A stretch of 64,000 bases of DNA from a virus (Duplodnaviria; Caudoviricetes): the IMG/VR virus record IMGVR_UViG_3300020190_000004; one strand, 5' to 3'. Each line of letters opens with the position of its first letter. Within the stretch, counting starts at the first letter, position 1. Shown here in pieces: positions 24,945 to 36,907 of the stretch. The position numbers and the translations under genes are program-made. Below the pieces are notes generated by a model. It was not told the origin of the DNA and did not search any database. It worked only from the letters and a program-made list of their open reading frames with translations.

Positions 24945-26230
24945 TTGAATCCAATTTTCTGTTTATCTTCTTTTACCTCGTGTATAAGAATATCTGATTC
25001 TTCTTTCTGTGCGTAAAACTCAGCAAGAGTTGCTGGGTATTGATCTACTTTTAGCGGATTAGATATCTTCAAAGCTTTTGCAAGCTTTTCACCGCGCGTG
25101 TAAGATAGCTTATTAAACTCTTTTCTAGCTAAGAGTCTTCCGGATCGTAACAAAGCTTTGTCAATGTTGGTGATGTTGGTATTAAATGTTGCTATGACCA
25201 TTAGTCCTAACATATCATTAAGAATACCGTCAGTCATGTTAAGTAAGTTGCTAATACCGGTACTTCTTCCGTCTGCTCCGTTACGAACTTCAAGGAGTGG
25301 CTCAGCGTCTTCAATAAGCAAGATACAGTCTTGTTCTTCATCAAGAACCCAATCACTAATAAATTCTATAATTCGTGGTTCAGTAAGACTTGATGAAAAA
25401 CTAGGCGGTACATACAAGATACTCTTATTTGAACGTGTAAGCTGGTCAAGAAGCATTCTTATGTACTGAGTTTTACCAGTACCTGGGTCTCCGTGAAACA
25501 AGATTAAACCTTTACTACCTTCTTTAATTTTAGTTATCATTTTGCCGTGAAATTCGCCAAAGCCTTCTCCATAGTGCTCATCAACATGAACGAAGTCTGG
25601 TACTTTGCCAGCAAGACTGAAGTTCTTAACATAAAAGTCTGAACCGTCTTGTGAGATGATACCAATCTTTGAAGTCTTATCAGCCTTAAACACATGTGCT
25701 GCAAAGAAGTTTAATATCTTTTGAGTAAAGTCAGTGTGTACTTCTTTTTCATATTCCTTCATGGGATAAACCAACTCAAAGCCGTCAATAACAAGCGGGC
25801 CATCATCTTTAGATGGAGTTGTGTAAGATGACTCGGTAGCAACAAGTTCGCGGTATGACATATACTTTTCACGCTTGTTTGTCTTGTGACAAGATGAGTT
25901 AAAGCTAATCATATAACCACCTTCGTGAATCCATGAATTATATGAAGTAAGTTTTTCTCGACCGCTTACTCCAAGATATTCATGAGAACGTATCAGTTGC
26001 CACCCGGTCTCTTTGAGATATTCTATAACAGGCTCGAGTAAATAACTTCTTTCTGTTGTTATTATACCAACAGGACCTACGTCAGGAAACGCTGAATAAT
26101 ACATAAATACCTCGGGCGAAGTAGCCATCAATCTACCCCTGCCAGATGATAATGCCTGTAACGTTAGTTCATTAGAGATAGTTGCTCTATATGATTCTTT
26201 AAGATGCCCTATCATTATATCCTTTTCCAT
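24941..26230 (-). CDS. AAA+ ATPase
   Basis: GDPGTGKT; ILLIEDAE; NLLNMTDG; IATFN; ALLRSGRL. Confidence 0.85.
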   Translation of the reverse strand: MEKDIMIGHLKESYRATISNELTLQALSSGRGRLMATSPEVFMYYSAFPDVGPVGIITTERSYLLEPVIEYLKETGWQLIRSHEYLGVSGREKLTSYNSWIHEGGYMISFNSSCHKTNKREKYMSYRELVATESSYTTPSKDDGPLVIDGFELVYPMKEYEKEVHTDFTQKILNFFAAHVFKADKTSKIGIISQDGSDFYVKNFSLAGKVPDFVHVDEHYGEGFGEFHGKMITKIKEGSKGLILFHGDPGTGKTQYIRMLLDQLTRSNKSILYVPPSFSSSLTEPRIIEFISDWVLDEEQDCILLIEDAEPLLEVRNGADGRSTGISNLLNMTDGILNDMLGLMVIATFNTNITNIDKALLRSGRLLARKEFNKLSYTRGEKLAKALKISNPLKVDQYPATLAEFYAQKEESDILIHEVKEDKQKIGFK

Positions 26231-26235
26231 ATTGA

Positions 26236-27207
26236 TTATATCTTGGTTTCCTCAGATAGTTCCGCTGTCTTATTAACAATTTTCTGTGGTCTTGCTCCGT
26301 GCTGTAGAGTTTCGAGAACACTTAGTTCTTTTGCCTTGGATTCACACATTAACCAGCCACCTGTGCCCCAATCTTGAAAGTCATCGTATATGTAATCAGC
26401 GTGTGCTACGGGTTTTGCTTCAGAAGTCTCGTAACGTTTCTTTGAAGAAGACCAGTGAATAACTAGTGGAGCGTCTTTCCAGGTGGAAGCAGCTAGATTA
26501 GCAGCGTCGTGGGCAGACAGTCCACCTGTGCAGAATGTATGGTGAAAGATATCAAAAGTGATAGGTACACCTACGTTTTTGTGGATTCTTTCATAGAGCT
26601 CTTGAACGCTGTACATGTTAGCTTTGTCATCATTCTCTACCACCACACGTTTGCGACAGTTTTCTGAAAGTCTTCCAAAGTTTAGACACCAACGTTCTGT
26701 TGCTGCCTGCTTATCCCCGTAAGCACCGCCCACGTGAATGTTGAGGCAGTTCCAATGGCTGGGTTCTAGACCCATAGTGTCAAAGATTTTGCTATGCTGT
26801 TCCAAATCAATCATAGATTTTAACACAGTGTTCGGGTTAGGTGAAGCTAGTATGGTAAAATGGTTTGGGTGAAATTCCATTCGCTGTCCAACCTCTGTGG
26901 CAAACTTGCCAATTCGTTGTAGGACTTCTTGAATAGCAGGCCAGTCAGGCAGATCTTCAAATTCATACTCGGTCATCCAGGGAAACAAGCAAGAAGATAT
27001 GCGGTAGAACTTGATACCGTTTTCTTCGTTCCAATGAATAATCTTTTCAAGGTCAATTACATTACCTAGTGCCAGCTTGCTGATGTGTGGTAAGCCTTTA
27101 GTTTCAAAGGTGCGCTTGATGGCATCTCTGTTGGTCATGACTCCGGTTTTGGCAAGAGTCATATTGATGCAGGCATAACCTACTCTGTCTTTGATAGCAA
27201 TTTGCAT
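26236..27207 (-). CDS. uvsE: UV-damage endonuclease (UvdE/UvsE)
   Basis: GYACIN; FYRISS..FPW; HP..F..L; NIHVGG.YG; ENDD; FD..HH; HADYI; ESKAKE. Confidence 0.9.
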   Translation of the reverse strand: MQIAIKDRVGYACINMTLAKTGVMTNRDAIKRTFETKGLPHISKLALGNVIDLEKIIHWNEENGIKFYRISSCLFPWMTEYEFEDLPDWPAIQEVLQRIGKFATEVGQRMEFHPNHFTILASPNPNTVLKSMIDLEQHSKIFDTMGLEPSHWNCLNIHVGGAYGDKQAATERWCLNFGRLSENCRKRVVVENDDKANMYSVQELYERIHKNVGVPITFDIFHHTFCTGGLSAHDAANLAASTWKDAPLVIHWSSSKKRYETSEAKPVAHADYIYDDFQDWGTGGWLMCESKAKELSVLETLQHGARPQKIVNKTAELSEETKI

Positions 27208-27536
27208 ACTGGTATTTTTACGTGACTTGATTGAATAAATGCATGTGGGTGGTCAACGATACCAGCGTCAATTAGTGCTTCGAGAATACCGGTGTTTTCT
27301 GAATAGTTTTTGATAGCTACTTCTTCTTCTTTGAGAAGATCGTCTTCTACACAAACAGTAGCTGTTGCGTAAGGCATACCATCCACCATGTCAAATAACT
27401 GGATGGCAGTTTGGCCGTTTTGATACTTTGCGAAAGTTAATGATAAATTGTACTCACTTCCGTATGGAGACTTATGGATAACTTGTGTCATGTTAGATGT
27501 TTGGTGTTGTACGATTATATTCAATTCGAGAACCAA
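27180..27536 (-). CDS. DUF4313-like protein (likely start MTQVIH)
   Basis: Y.NG..AI.L.....PYA..TV....L.....IKNYSEN.GI...L...GI. Confidence 0.5.
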   Translation of the reverse strand: MVLELNIIVQHQTSNMTQVIHKSPYGSEYNLSLTFAKYQNGQTAIQLFDMVDGMPYATATVCVEDDLLKEEEVAIKNYSENTGILEALIDAGIVDHPHAFIQSSHVKIPVCKLLSKTE

Positions 27537-28389
27537 CAGTTTCTGTTAAAGCCTTAAGTTGTTCATAAATGTTAACAACCCGCCCTTGAACAAGAGGGTC
27601 AAGTATTTGAACCTTGTCCATGATTACTGTAGCAGCCTCAAGAAGACCTATGTTTTCTCGTAAGTTTTCTACAAGTTGGTTGCGTTCTTTCACAGAGTCT
27701 TCTGATTTGAAAAACTCAGATTCTTCACGTGTAATCTTTTCAACCTTAGCTGATGGATACGGATGTTCGCCAAAAAAAGCATCGTGTGTTGAAGCGTTCA
27801 TAATTTGTTTTGTTTTTTCAATTTGTGGTTCTACTTCTTTACAGAAGACTTCTTTCATTGCTTCTTTAAGTTCTTGTTGTTTTGCGTAAGTGCCTGATGC
27901 GTAGTACATCGGGTCAGACTTTGCTTGCTTGTGATTTGTATTCTCTTTTATTGTAATCTTTTTTACAATAGCAGTCGGCTTAGCCACGGTCACTTTATGA
28001 AAGTTGAGTTTGTCCATGATTTCAGCCTTGGTCATGTTTACACGGCGATAGTGAGAATGAATCCATTCTCCGTCGCTAGTTTGCTTTGAGCGTGTTGATG
28101 TGGTATACCCACACATAATGTTGGCATGTGCCAGTGTAAACCAATCTGGGATATGTAGATTGACTCGCCACTCTCCATGTTTAACATTAGTAACGATTCC
28201 GGAGTACTTAAGCATAGTTTGGTACTTGCGTGTTCTCTCAAAAGGATTCTTGTTCCAACGTTTGTAAGCTGTAACAGTTTCGTAGCCATCACACCAAGAT
28301 GTCAGGTCAGATGCTTTGTAAGTGTTGCCTGGTGTATGCAGATTAATGAATTCACATACACGGTTAAATAGACTTTCTTTGTTTCTCAT
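27493..28389 (-). CDS. hypothetical protein (298 aa)
   Basis: ORF tiling. Confidence 0.75.
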   Translation of the reverse strand: MRNKESLFNRVCEFINLHTPGNTYKASDLTSWCDGYETVTAYKRWNKNPFERTRKYQTMLKYSGIVTNVKHGEWRVNLHIPDWFTLAHANIMCGYTTSTRSKQTSDGEWIHSHYRRVNMTKAEIMDKLNFHKVTVAKPTAIVKKITIKENTNHKQAKSDPMYYASGTYAKQQELKEAMKEVFCKEVEPQIEKTKQIMNASTHDAFFGEHPYPSAKVEKITREESEFFKSEDSVKERNQLVENLRENIGLLEAATVIMDKVQILDPLVQGRVVNIYEQLKALTETVGSRIEYNRTTPNI

Positions 28390-28394
28390 GTTTA

Positions 28395-28619
28395 TTAATT
28401 TAAGCAGATTGTTTCGTTAATTATTTCAGTATAGTAGCTGACCATTAAGGTGCAAATGTCTCTTTCTTCAGCGAGGCGGTTACATCGGTAAGAATAGTCT
28501 TCGTAGTAATGCTCACCCCACATGACAGTGGCTTCTTCATCAATCTCAGCAATTCTTCTTTTGTATGCTTTGATGATTGTAATAGTTGACACAAAGTCAA
28601 GTTTCCGTGTTTCTCCCAT
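28395..28619 (-). CDS. hypothetical protein (74 aa)
   Basis: Downstream of promoter copy 13. Confidence 0.65.
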   Translation of the reverse strand: MGETRKLDFVSTITIIKAYKRRIAEIDEEATVMWGEHYYEDYSYRCNRLAEERDICTLMVSYYTEIINETICLN

Positions 28620-28635
28620 GATATTGTATTTTTAA

Positions 28636-28699
28636 TTATAGTATAAAAATAACTAAAAGTTTCATACCAAGCAAATGCTCAAGCAAAAAGTTATTAACA
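28636..28699 (-). promoter_or_regulatory. early promoter element copy 13
   Basis: Consensus match; spacing 14 nt. Confidence 0.8.
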
Positions 28700-29131
28700 A
28701 AAATCTGACGCGGGTGGTAAGGTTCCACTGTGAGGGATGTCCCAGCGCTCACAATCTTGTGGAAAACGATGCAAGTGTTTGTAGTTATTGATATAGCCCA
28801 TCATATTGCCGCTGCCCACTGCATTTGCTGAATGTATCATAACTCGACAGGCAGGTTCACCGTCCAGCCATTTTTCCACTAGCCACTTAGTACAATCCAT
28901 ACCAGTCTTTTCTACGATGTTATCGTAGTTAAGAGTGTAGTTGGTAGAAACATTGGTGTACCATTCTTGCATTGCTGTATGCCCTAAGTCATGGTCAAGT
29001 GAAATGAGTTCAATGTTAGCAAGTCCAATCTCAGTAATCTTTTCTACGAACTCTTCATAATTGCGAACCACAACCCAAGAAGGATCGTGTGGAGTTCTTA
29101 TGTCATCTAGATATATCCTTTTCTTTTCCAT
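28694..29131 (-). CDS. cyclic-phosphate-processing receiver (REC)-domain protein
   Basis: IYLDD.R; ISLDHDLG; TGMDC..WL; IHSAN..G..NM. Confidence 0.75.
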   Translation of the reverse strand: MEKKRIYLDDIRTPHDPSWVVVRNYEEFVEKITEIGLANIELISLDHDLGHTAMQEWYTNVSTNYTLNYDNIVEKTGMDCTKWLVEKWLDGEPACRVMIHSANAVGSGNMMGYINNYKHLHRFPQDCERWDIPHSGTLPPASDFC

Positions 29132-29205
29132 AGTATCAGCTAAAGTCTGTTGATGTTGAAACTCTTAAACCGTCAATTTCTAAATCGTAATGCGAAGGAC
29201 TCCTA

Positions 29206-29466
29206 TTATTGTAGCAATTCATCAATGTTAATTCCGTATTCCTCAAAGATCTCATGTATCTTTTCCATCGTCATGTGCACTGCATCATAAGGTGTGACTT
29301 CTTCTCCTCTGCTTTCTTTGCCTTCAATGTCGTACTCAAGAGCTTTCTTGGCGTTGTAACAGATTTGAAAGATCGCGCATGCCATGTCGGTGCTCTTAAC
29401 GGCCCTCATGTGAGCCATTCTGTCGTCTGAGTCATTCAGATCAAATTCTAAGGTTGCTTTTCCCAT
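29206..29466 (-). CDS. hypothetical protein (86 aa)
   Basis: ORF downstream of an ECF-like promoter; KATLEFDL motif. Confidence 0.7.
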   Translation of the reverse strand: MGKATLEFDLNDSDDRMAHMRAVKSTDMACAIFQICYNAKKALEYDIEGKESRGEEVTPYDAVHMTMEKIHEIFEEYGINIDELLQ

Positions 29467-29483
29467 AACTTATATTAGTTGTT

Positions 29484-29510
29484 TTATTACACGGTCTACA
29501 AATAGTTCTT
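29484..29510 (-). promoter_or_regulatory. candidate ECF-type promoter (AAGAACT-N14-TAATAA)
   Basis: Motif family match; 18 nt before the ATG. Confidence 0.5.
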
Positions 29511-29565
29511 AAAAAATGATAGTTTCCTCAAGAAAGTTATTAACACCTTTAATAGTTTATTTGAT

Positions 29566-29628
29566 TATGGCATAAAATTGACCATTAGAAACTCCCCATG
29601 CAAACTTTTATGTGCTAAGTTTTTAACA
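29566..29628 (-). promoter_or_regulatory. degenerate early promoter element copy 14
   Basis: Mismatched core (TATGGCATAAAATTGACC) and box GTTTTTAACA at spacing 14. Confidence 0.6.
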
Positions 29629-29633
29629 TAATA

Positions 29634-29655
29634 AAAGAGCCCTTGGAGGCTCTTT
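29634..29655 (-). terminator. Rho-independent terminator ending the fibre/structural unit
   Basis: AAAGAGCC-N6-GGCTCTTT stem with T-run on the minus strand. Confidence 0.75.
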
Positions 29656-29728
29656 AGAAAAATGTTATTCTGTGGTGATTATGGATATAATGTACTTTAG
29701 TAAAAAATTCACTAGATGTCTTGAGATA

Positions 29729-30178
29729 TCACTGGTTGGTTATCCATTGCTCATAAAGCAAAACTCGCTCAACGGGTTCATATCCTTCAAGTTGAGTTTG
29801 TGGCGCAGACATAGGATTAGGATCTTCACCGTTGACGTCAATCTTGGTAGCAGTCGTTGGGTCAAGAAGAACTTCCTTGCCACGCTGAGTAATAATCTTG
29901 TAAGAAACTACTCCACCGTCTTCCATGTTTACTTGTAAGACTCTTCCCAGTACTTGCTTACCGCGTTTTCTTGTGTGGCTAACTTCTTCGCCTCGAACAA
30001 TATCACCAATCTTGATTGATTCAATTTGTTTGCGCCCGTCCTTTTGTCTAGCACTTTGCTCTAAATTCCCGTTCAGTGAGACGATCTTAACCTGAAACGC
30101 TGGGTTATTGGTTATCATCGGAATGTAAGGACTGGCTCCCCCGGCTGATATGTTTCTTGATCCTGGTTCTAGTGGCAT
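29729..30178 (-). CDS. hypothetical protein (149 aa)
   Basis: ORF tiling. Confidence 0.7.
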   Translation of the reverse strand: MPLEPGSRNISAGGASPYIPMITNNPAFQVKIVSLNGNLEQSARQKDGRKQIESIKIGDIVRGEEVSHTRKRGKQVLGRVLQVNMEDGGVVSYKIITQRGKEVLLDPTTATKIDVNGEDPNPMSAPQTQLEGYEPVERVLLYEQWITNQ

Positions 30179-30193
30179 AGTTTAGTGAATATA

Positions 30194-33100
30194 TTAAGCC
30201 GGCATAGACGGCGGTTGTATGCGTCCTTTTACAATCACATCAAGCGGACCGGCTGTTATATTAGAGACAGTATGTTCAATAAGTATTTGTTCAATAGTTA
30301 AAGCTCTTACTAAAGGAGCATCTGCCGGGAAATAAGGCCATGTTACAATTATATCAAAACTATTGTCTAGCGTATTTAAGAACAGACCTACACCTGATAA
30401 ACTTAATTCTATATCATGGCCATTGCTAGCATATGTTAAGTAATTTCCAGGAACTATCATTAAAGGTATAAATCCTTCAAGAACCCAGTAACCTGTTCCT
30501 GTTGGTGTGTTAGCAGCAGCAGTAAACGGATCTGCATAAACAGCGATACTAACTTCATCATGCCATAAATTGGTATTCTTGATCGCCCACGAACTGCCAG
30601 TATCTCCGAACGTAATTGTATCACGAGGATTACTAAAAGATGAGTCATTGCAGCTTCTAGCAAAGCCCGAACCAGAACCAAGAAGGCCGAATATCGTTAA
30701 ATCTGCAGTAACACCACGCATGTTAAAGGTCCCATTGTAACCATTGCTCGCGTCAACCGCTTCGAACGTTGACGAAAAGAATTTGCATTCCCTTATTGTA
30801 TGAACCTGGGTGATGGTTGTAGATTCGAATGTGATCGCTGACATTGAATCCAGGTAGCAGGCACTTACGCTTAAACTAGCTTCCGGCCTGGTAACAAACA
30901 CGGAGAGAAAGTTGATAGATGATGCGTCAAGGGTGCTATTTTCCACACCAGAGACTCCGCCTGTTAAATTGTTAAAAAATCCTCCCTCACAAGTAACTGT
31001 TGATGAATTTTTTATAGTCGTATCGTTGATAGAAAATGCTTGCAGATACCCCGACAGGCTGATGCTTGAACGGGTGACATTTAAACCTTCACTTTGTAAA
31101 TTTGCTCCAAGATTTCCGTACCCACCGTGGTTCGCATGTCGGTAAACTGAATGAGAAGAATACCAACTTCCAAAGGGGTAAAACAAGTTATCTCGCCCGT
31201 GCGTATCGTGTCCATAGATGTTTTGCCATCTTGAGCCTTTCATTAAATCTCCAGCAACCCAGGGAGTTGCGTAAACGGTACTATATGCTTTATCATTATT
31301 TTCTAGGCTGTCAGCTACTTCAATATCGTTTAAGCGATCATATGCACGGCTAAACCAGCCTTCGCCTCCATCCAAACCTGTACTACATTCATAGTTAGCT
31401 TCTAAAGAAATCAGAGTTTCATCTCGCCCGTTTTCTGGTGTAACATTTAATTGGTCGCCCGTATTGATACTACTACCGGTTATTGATGTTGCCACAGTTT
31501 GAGAATTAAGCGACGCTGTATTTGTTTTTGACTCTAATAAAATGTAGCCCCAACCCTTCGACGAAGCGGAACCGTAGCCAGAATTCATGACGGTGTAATC
31601 TGAAAGCGAATTTGCATTAATGTCTGCTGTTAAATCATCAATGAACTGTTCTACATTAGCAGCAGGTGAAGCACCACCGGATCCTGTGTAACCTATAGGA
31701 TTAGCGTTTAACAAACTTCCGTCAACCGATAGTTCATCAAGCGTAGATCCAGTGGTTATAGCATCATCAAAGGTCCAACCTATAGCAAAACGGTTAGGAG
31801 CGCCTTGATAGAACTGCCACACACCTTCAACTTCATATGTGTCAGCTGTGATAGCTGTTGTAAAGAAACCAGAAACACCGTCATCAGATGATGTGCCTGG
31901 TGCGCCGCCTGTATAACCTGCGTCGTATATGCGATATCTTTGTCCAGGCGTTAATGAAGAGCCGTTCTTAGCTGTACTAAAATCGCTTTCTGAAATCGCA
32001 AGTATGTCACAGCAAGTTCCTGTTCCACTACTGCCGGTTGGCCCAGTAGGTCCAACCGCTCCAGTAAGTTCAAATACAATTATGTTAGACGAAAGCGGTG
32101 TTCCGTAGTATAAACTATTAAAACCAGCGCTTGCGATTGGTATCAAGTTTGTTAACTTGACAGATATCAAATCACCAGTGTCGAGTTCTAAGGCAACCGA
32201 AACATTTACCTGTGATTTAGGACCTGTGTAATTATCAACGCTGCTAGTAGGACCAAAGCTGTTGCTTTGTAAGGTATAGAACTTATGACCCAAAGGTGGG
32301 TTAGATCCTGGCGTAATCAGGGTAATGTCATATTCATCATCGACGGAATCGTATGTTACGTGAAATAGAGTAGTAGGATCTATGAATCTGTTAGTGGTAG
32401 CACTAACTATAAAAAACGGTACTCGTGATAGCGAATTCGTTCCGCATGACCAAGGTCCGTTTCCTATTAAGTCAACACTCTGGCCTTTGTGATTTTCAAG
32501 TGTGTGAACTACACCATCTGTCAGCGGAAACATCGGCAGGTCATTAACCAAGAGTTCAGCTTTTAAGAAGCCTGCGTAGTTTAAGTTATATGTAATAAAG
32601 TAAGTGCCTGTCGCCGGCACAGTGACATAATCATTCACACCAAGCCAAGAAAATCCGTTATTCACGCGAGGGTTTCGGTCCCACTGGACATTAGCAGTAG
32701 CACCGGGCGGTAGTGGGTTGTGGTCCCATTCTCCACCTTCAGGTAAATAGGCTGGAATATCAATGACTCTTAGTGCTGATCCTGCGGGTCCAGTCGCTCC
32801 AGTCACACCAGTGGGTCCAGTGGGTCCAGTGGGTCCAGTGGGTCCAGTGCGTCCAGTAGGGCCTGTAGCACCCGTGGGTCCTGTAGCACCCGTAGGGCCT
32901 GTAGCACCCGTAGGGCCTGTAACTCCTTGAGAACCCGTGGGTCCCGTAGGTCCTGTAACACCTTGAGGGCCTGTAGCACCCGTGGGTCCAGTGGGTCCAG
33001 TGGGTCCAGTGGGTCCAGTACCTCCTGTTCCACCCGTAGCACCGATAGGACCTCCACCGAAACCGTAAATCCTTATGATATCTCCGTCTAAAATTGATTG

Positions 33101-34417
33101 CGCCAGGGAATAACTGTAGTGATTGCGTACTACCTGAAATAAAGTGTGATTAAATCTATCGATCAAGAATTGGTCTGATACATAAGAAATGTCAGCCTGG
33201 TAATAATCTACCTTATCTCTCCAATCTTTAATAAGATTTTGTGGACTATGGTTAGGTGCGTCAAAAGTTTGCCATGCATCGCTCCAACTCCACGGTCTTA
33301 ACTCGTGAGTAGAACTTGCAGATGTGTATGAAGGGGGAACGTAAACTAACCCCAAGAATAGTTTGTCATCGCTAAGAATAGGCCAAGGAGAATAGGTATC
33401 ATATATTAAATGATCAGCTACATCACCAATTGAAAATATGGTACTGCTGTTAGAAAGCGTAGCATTTTCACTAAGCGTAATTGTAGTCCCTGATATGTTT
33501 GTTACATAAGTTCCTAGCGGAATTCCGTTACCTATAACAATGTCTCCGGTAACGCCAGGCATTGGGTGTACATTGGTAATAGAGTTAACTCCTGCTACAG
33601 TATTACCAACAAAAGCATAAAGGGTTCCGTTAGTATATGCAACCGCAAAAGAGTTATCAACAGGACTTAAACTTAAAGTTGCTGGAGAAACATCAACTGT
33701 ATCAATTACCCCCGCACCAGTATAACCAATGGCTGAAGCAGTAACGCCAATCCCAAGCCCCGGTCCAATAATAATGTCGCCGATGTTAATTGTCCCTGTT
33801 CCTAAACCAGCCAAATTACTTACGTCAAGAATGGAGTTTCCAGCTGTTCCTGAAGCCATGAAAGTAGTAGCACGACCTGTGTTATACGGTATCCCTTGAA
33901 CAGCACCAATTGCTCCTAAGTATTCCGTGCCTGATGTCCCAGGTACCATCGCCGGTGGAGCGGGAGATGGGAATCCGCTTTCTAGATATACAATATCAAT
34001 CCGCGCTTTGTTTACGTAGGTGTTATCGACGATTTGTATGTCTCCGTTAATTAAGGCTTGTTCATGGTAATAGTTTCTTCCGTATATTCTACCAACACCT
34101 GTCTCAACTTGCACCCACGTTGCTGCTCCTACTGCTGCTACAACATTAGGCTTTTGTACCTTTAGGCCTGATAAAATTGAGGGTTCGGTATTAGGCTGAA
34201 TAATCTCAGCGCCGTCTTGTGTATAAAGTTTACCTTTATCAAAATCAACGATCTCTTCTCCACGATAAATGGTTCTACCGCCGAAGTCTGTAGGGTTATC
34301 AACGTGGTTTGTCCCAGGTATAGCGCTCTTTGGTCTAGGCCAAGATTCTGCGGTAGAATTAAAGTACTTGTTAATTCTACGAACAAACGATGTTATAAGG
34401 TTAGTTTTTCCAGCCAC
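30194..34417 (-). CDS. large fibre/baseplate-associated structural protein with collagen-like G-P-T repeats (1407 aa)
   Basis: Central (GxT)n tract; beta-rich, Gly/Ser/Thr-rich flanks; late gene region. Confidence 0.75.
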   Translation of the reverse strand: MAGKTNLITSFVRRINKYFNSTAESWPRPKSAIPGTNHVDNPTDFGGRTIYRGEEIVDFDKGKLYTQDGAEIIQPNTEPSILSGLKVQKPNVVAAVGAATWVQVETGVGRIYGRNYYHEQALINGDIQIVDNTYVNKARIDIVYLESGFPSPAPPAMVPGTSGTEYLGAIGAVQGIPYNTGRATTFMASGTAGNSILDVSNLAGLGTGTINIGDIIIGPGLGIGVTASAIGYTGAGVIDTVDVSPATLSLSPVDNSFAVAYTNGTLYAFVGNTVAGVNSITNVHPMPGVTGDIVIGNGIPLGTYVTNISGTTITLSENATLSNSSTIFSIGDVADHLIYDTYSPWPILSDDKLFLGLVYVPPSYTSASSTHELRPWSWSDAWQTFDAPNHSPQNLIKDWRDKVDYYQADISYVSDQFLIDRFNHTLFQVVRNHYSYSLAQSILDGDIIRIYGFGGGPIGATGGTGGTGPTGPTGPTGPTGATGPQGVTGPTGPTGSQGVTGPTGATGPTGATGPTGATGPTGRTGPTGPTGPTGPTGVTGATGPAGSALRVIDIPAYLPEGGEWDHNPLPPGATANVQWDRNPRVNNGFSWLGVNDYVTVPATGTYFITYNLNYAGFLKAELLVNDLPMFPLTDGVVHTLENHKGQSVDLIGNGPWSCGTNSLSRVPFFIVSATTNRFIDPTTLFHVTYDSVDDEYDITLITPGSNPPLGHKFYTLQSNSFGPTSSVDNYTGPKSQVNVSVALELDTGDLISVKLTNLIPIASAGFNSLYYGTPLSSNIIVFELTGAVGPTGPTGSSGTGTCCDILAISESDFSTAKNGSSLTPGQRYRIYDAGYTGGAPGTSSDDGVSGFFTTAITADTYEVEGVWQFYQGAPNRFAIGWTFDDAITTGSTLDELSVDGSLLNANPIGYTGSGGASPAANVEQFIDDLTADINANSLSDYTVMNSGYGSASSKGWGYILLESKTNTASLNSQTVATSITGSSINTGDQLNVTPENGRDETLISLEANYECSTGLDGGEGWFSRAYDRLNDIEVADSLENNDKAYSTVYATPWVAGDLMKGSRWQNIYGHDTHGRDNLFYPFGSWYSSHSVYRHANHGGYGNLGANLQSEGLNVTRSSISLSGYLQAFSINDTTIKNSSTVTCEGGFFNNLTGGVSGVENSTLDASSINFLSVFVTRPEASLSVSACYLDSMSAITFESTTITQVHTIRECKFFSSTFEAVDASNGYNGTFNMRGVTADLTIFGLLGSGSGFARSCNDSSFSNPRDTITFGDTGSSWAIKNTNLWHDEVSIAVYADPFTAAANTPTGTGYWVLEGFIPLMIVPGNYLTYASNGHDIELSLSGVGLFLNTLDNSFDIIVTWPYFPADAPLVRALTIEQILIEHTVSNITAGPLDVIVKGRIQPPSMPA
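32782..33052 (-). repeat. 9-nt collagen-coding tandem repeats
   Basis: CCAGTGGGT / CCTGTAGCA / CCCGTAGGG units. Confidence 0.9.
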
Positions 34418-34839
34418 TACTCAGTCGGGTTTTCTTTTTCTTTATTTAGCACATCTCGTAAGATAGCTGCGTATTCATAGTCTTCTCTCTCAATCGCTTG
34501 TTTAAGAGCAGCTTCCATAGATTCTCGTGACTGGAGGTTTTCCTCAAAGTGAAAATCCATTATTCGGAAAATGACTCTTATGTCACCTATGCTAGATCTC
34601 TCTCGCTCCCAGAAAACTACCCAACTACCATGTGAAATGTAGTTAAGGTGTTCCTCATTCATATGATTGAGAAGACTTCTTAGTTCTTCTTTTAATTCTG
34701 GTATGTTTGGTGTTCTGTGAATGATTTGTTTATCATGCTCAAATTCCCAAAGTATACCAAGTTTCTTATGGTAGCCTTTTATCTTAGCCCAGTCAATCAT
34801 ATTAATGACTCTGCTAATGGCTCTGTCTATAAGGTCCAT
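34417..34839 (-). CDS. protein with C-terminal UVR (UvrB/UvrC) coiled-coil motif
   Basis: [22 protein letters not shown]. Confidence 0.7.
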   Translation of the reverse strand: MDLIDRAISRVINMIDWAKIKGYHKKLGILWEFEHDKQIIHRTPNIPELKEELRSLLNHMNEEHLNYISHGSWVVFWERERSSIGDIRVIFRIMDFHFEENLQSRESMEAALKQAIEREDYEYAAILRDVLNKEKENPTE

Positions 34840-34871
34840 ATTTCAAAACCTTTTTTGTAAAAATCTTTTTC

Positions 34872-35414
34872 TTAGATAAATGATCGCCCGTTAAGACCGT
34901 CATTTCCAAGTAAGTACCCTCTAGCAGTACCCGGATTTAGAATTTCCTTTATGGAAATTGCATATATTGCTCCTGCTACAAAAATATCTCCAGGTAATAC
35001 CGCGTACTGTCCTGAAGCAAGAATAACTTCCATCTCATCCCCAGAACCAACGGAACCAGGAACAGTAGAAAATACTAAAGCCGCTGGTGTAAAATCATTA
35101 GCGCTGGGTGCATCAGGATCAAATAATAAAAAATCGTATTGTCCGGAGGATCCAGCTGGTGCTGTCCACGCCGCTCCGGTAATAGTCTTCAGTGTTAAAC
35201 TATTAGGTGCAACTAATGCATCAACTTGATAACTTGCAAAAATGTCGGATGTATCTCCTTGATAAATGGTTACAACATAACCAGCTAATGCCGCAGCATA
35301 AGCTGCATCACTTACGGATATATCCGAAGAACTGGCGGTAACAGTGCAGCGCCCTTTTACAGTTTGCTGGGCATAAGACCTTGCAGCCATAGGGTAAATT
35401 CTTGTGTATATCAT
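34872..35414 (-). CDS. putative virion structural protein (180 aa)
   Basis: Preceded by GATATATA; Ala/Gly/Thr-rich beta-type sequence. Confidence 0.6.
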   Translation of the reverse strand: MIYTRIYPMAARSYAQQTVKGRCTVTASSSDISVSDAAYAAALAGYVVTIYQGDTSDIFASYQVDALVAPNSLTLKTITGAAWTAPAGSSGQYDFLLFDPDAPSANDFTPAALVFSTVPGSVGSGDEMEVILASGQYAVLPGDIFVAGAIYAISIKEILNPGTARGYLLGNDGLNGRSFI

Positions 35415-35474
35415 GTCTTATTGTATTTCTATTTTGAGTATATATCTTGTGGATTGATTGTATAAAAACTTACT

Positions 35475-36415
<941 letters not shown>

Positions 36416-36419
<4 letters not shown>

Positions 36420-36907
36420 AGTACCAAGAATGTATTTTCATCTATAAGAAAGACACCGTCTCTCTCTAATTTTAAGTATGAAGCATCGTTTACATCAAGA
36501 ATGTTTTTTCTTGCCCATGTGCCTATTACTTTCCATTTTGCAGTAAGTAAGTCAGCATCTAGTGCATTTTCTCCACCTATACTGGTTATATATGTATTTA
36601 CTGCAACATCTTCTCCCTCGGGCATTATAGGAATTTCTTCTATAGTCATTTTCTTTTGTAAGTGACTTTCAACAGCTTCAATAGCAACATTGAGATATTC
36701 TTCACTTCTAACATAAGTATGTAGCCTATTTGCGGGAAGCCTTTTGATAGTCCTATCACTACCCTGATCTATGATATACAGAGTCTCATAGTATTGTTTT
36801 TCAGTTGGTAAATTCCAATATGCTGCATCAAGATCCCCCCAACTTATGGTGTATCCTCCGCCCGCAATAGCAACTCCTTCGTCAAGCTGTTGATCTGTGT
36901 AATACAT
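36416..36907 (-). CDS. putative structural protein (163 aa)
   Basis: ORF tiling in late cluster. Confidence 0.65.

Noticed and set aside
32803-33057. Alternative-frame ORF with (LDP)n/(LQA)n repeats
   Set aside because: Frame-shifted reading of the collagen repeat.
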